Below are positions 63,744-64,000 of a DNA stretch of 64,000 nt, piece after piece. The stretch is taken from contig JAQGDQ010000096.1 of assembly GCA_030141605.1 (NCBI GenBank), forward strand, positions 496,001 through 560,000, given 5' to 3'. Positions within the stretch are counted from its first letter, which is position 1, and each line of letters begins with the position of its first letter. Origin of the DNA: Tubiluchus corallicola. Taxonomy: Eukaryota; Animalia; Priapulida. The notes under the pieces are model-generated. The model worked only from the letters and a program-made list of their open reading frames with translations, had not been told where the DNA came from and did not search any database. Made by a program: the position numbers and the translations under genes.

Positions 63744-64000
63744 CAATGCACATAATGTGCTATTCCTGTGGTGCAAACATATAAAAGAATTAGTAGACTC
63801 AGCCCAGCACAGTTGCCAGACAGTATTGATGGGAATCACAATGGATTGATGAATTTTAGTTGGCTTGTATGACTATTAACTACTTATGTCTGGATCATAT
63901 TTGGCAGCACAGGCTAAAACTTAGCACCTTGTGTCACCAGAGCTGCTACAGGTCACATTTCAAAACTCAGATGACGAAAACACATTTCAGTGGCATTATT

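Overview
AT-rich eukaryotic DNA with spliceosomal GT-AG introns, probably from an invertebrate animal; the taxon cannot be fixed from this window. Most entries in the ORF track are noise, so I assembled gene models by hand from splice sites and phase. There are five intron-containing genes. (1) DNLZ/Zim17-type mitochondrial Hsp70 escort protein (-, 1172-2255). (2) A BTBD8-like tandem-BTB protein (+, 5026-25309, ~1723 aa) whose two BTB domains are separated by a 3046-nt exon rich in short linear motifs. (3) Flotillin-1 (-, 35677-43917, 426 aa). (4) 1-Cys peroxiredoxin-6 (+, 44249-48740, 220 aa), head-to-head with flotillin-1. (5) The 3' part of a TMEM268-like gene (-, 55128-63312, 5' end outside the window). 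Introns and the probably long 3' UTRs hold decayed LINE fragments, tRNA- and 5S-derived SINE-like pieces, a piggyBac-type and two Tc1/pogo-type MITEs, a hairpin element and simple repeats. The best lead is a tandemly duplicated 120-nt flotillin-1 exon pair, 48 nt apart, with 14 synonymous differences and 1 non-synonymous difference, which suggests mutually exclusive exons. The second lead is the rearranged BTBD8-like scaffold, which carries a YEEI/YDxP tyrosine array, endocytic and LIR motifs, and a C-terminal SxIP. Gene identities come from recalled family motifs, not database searches.
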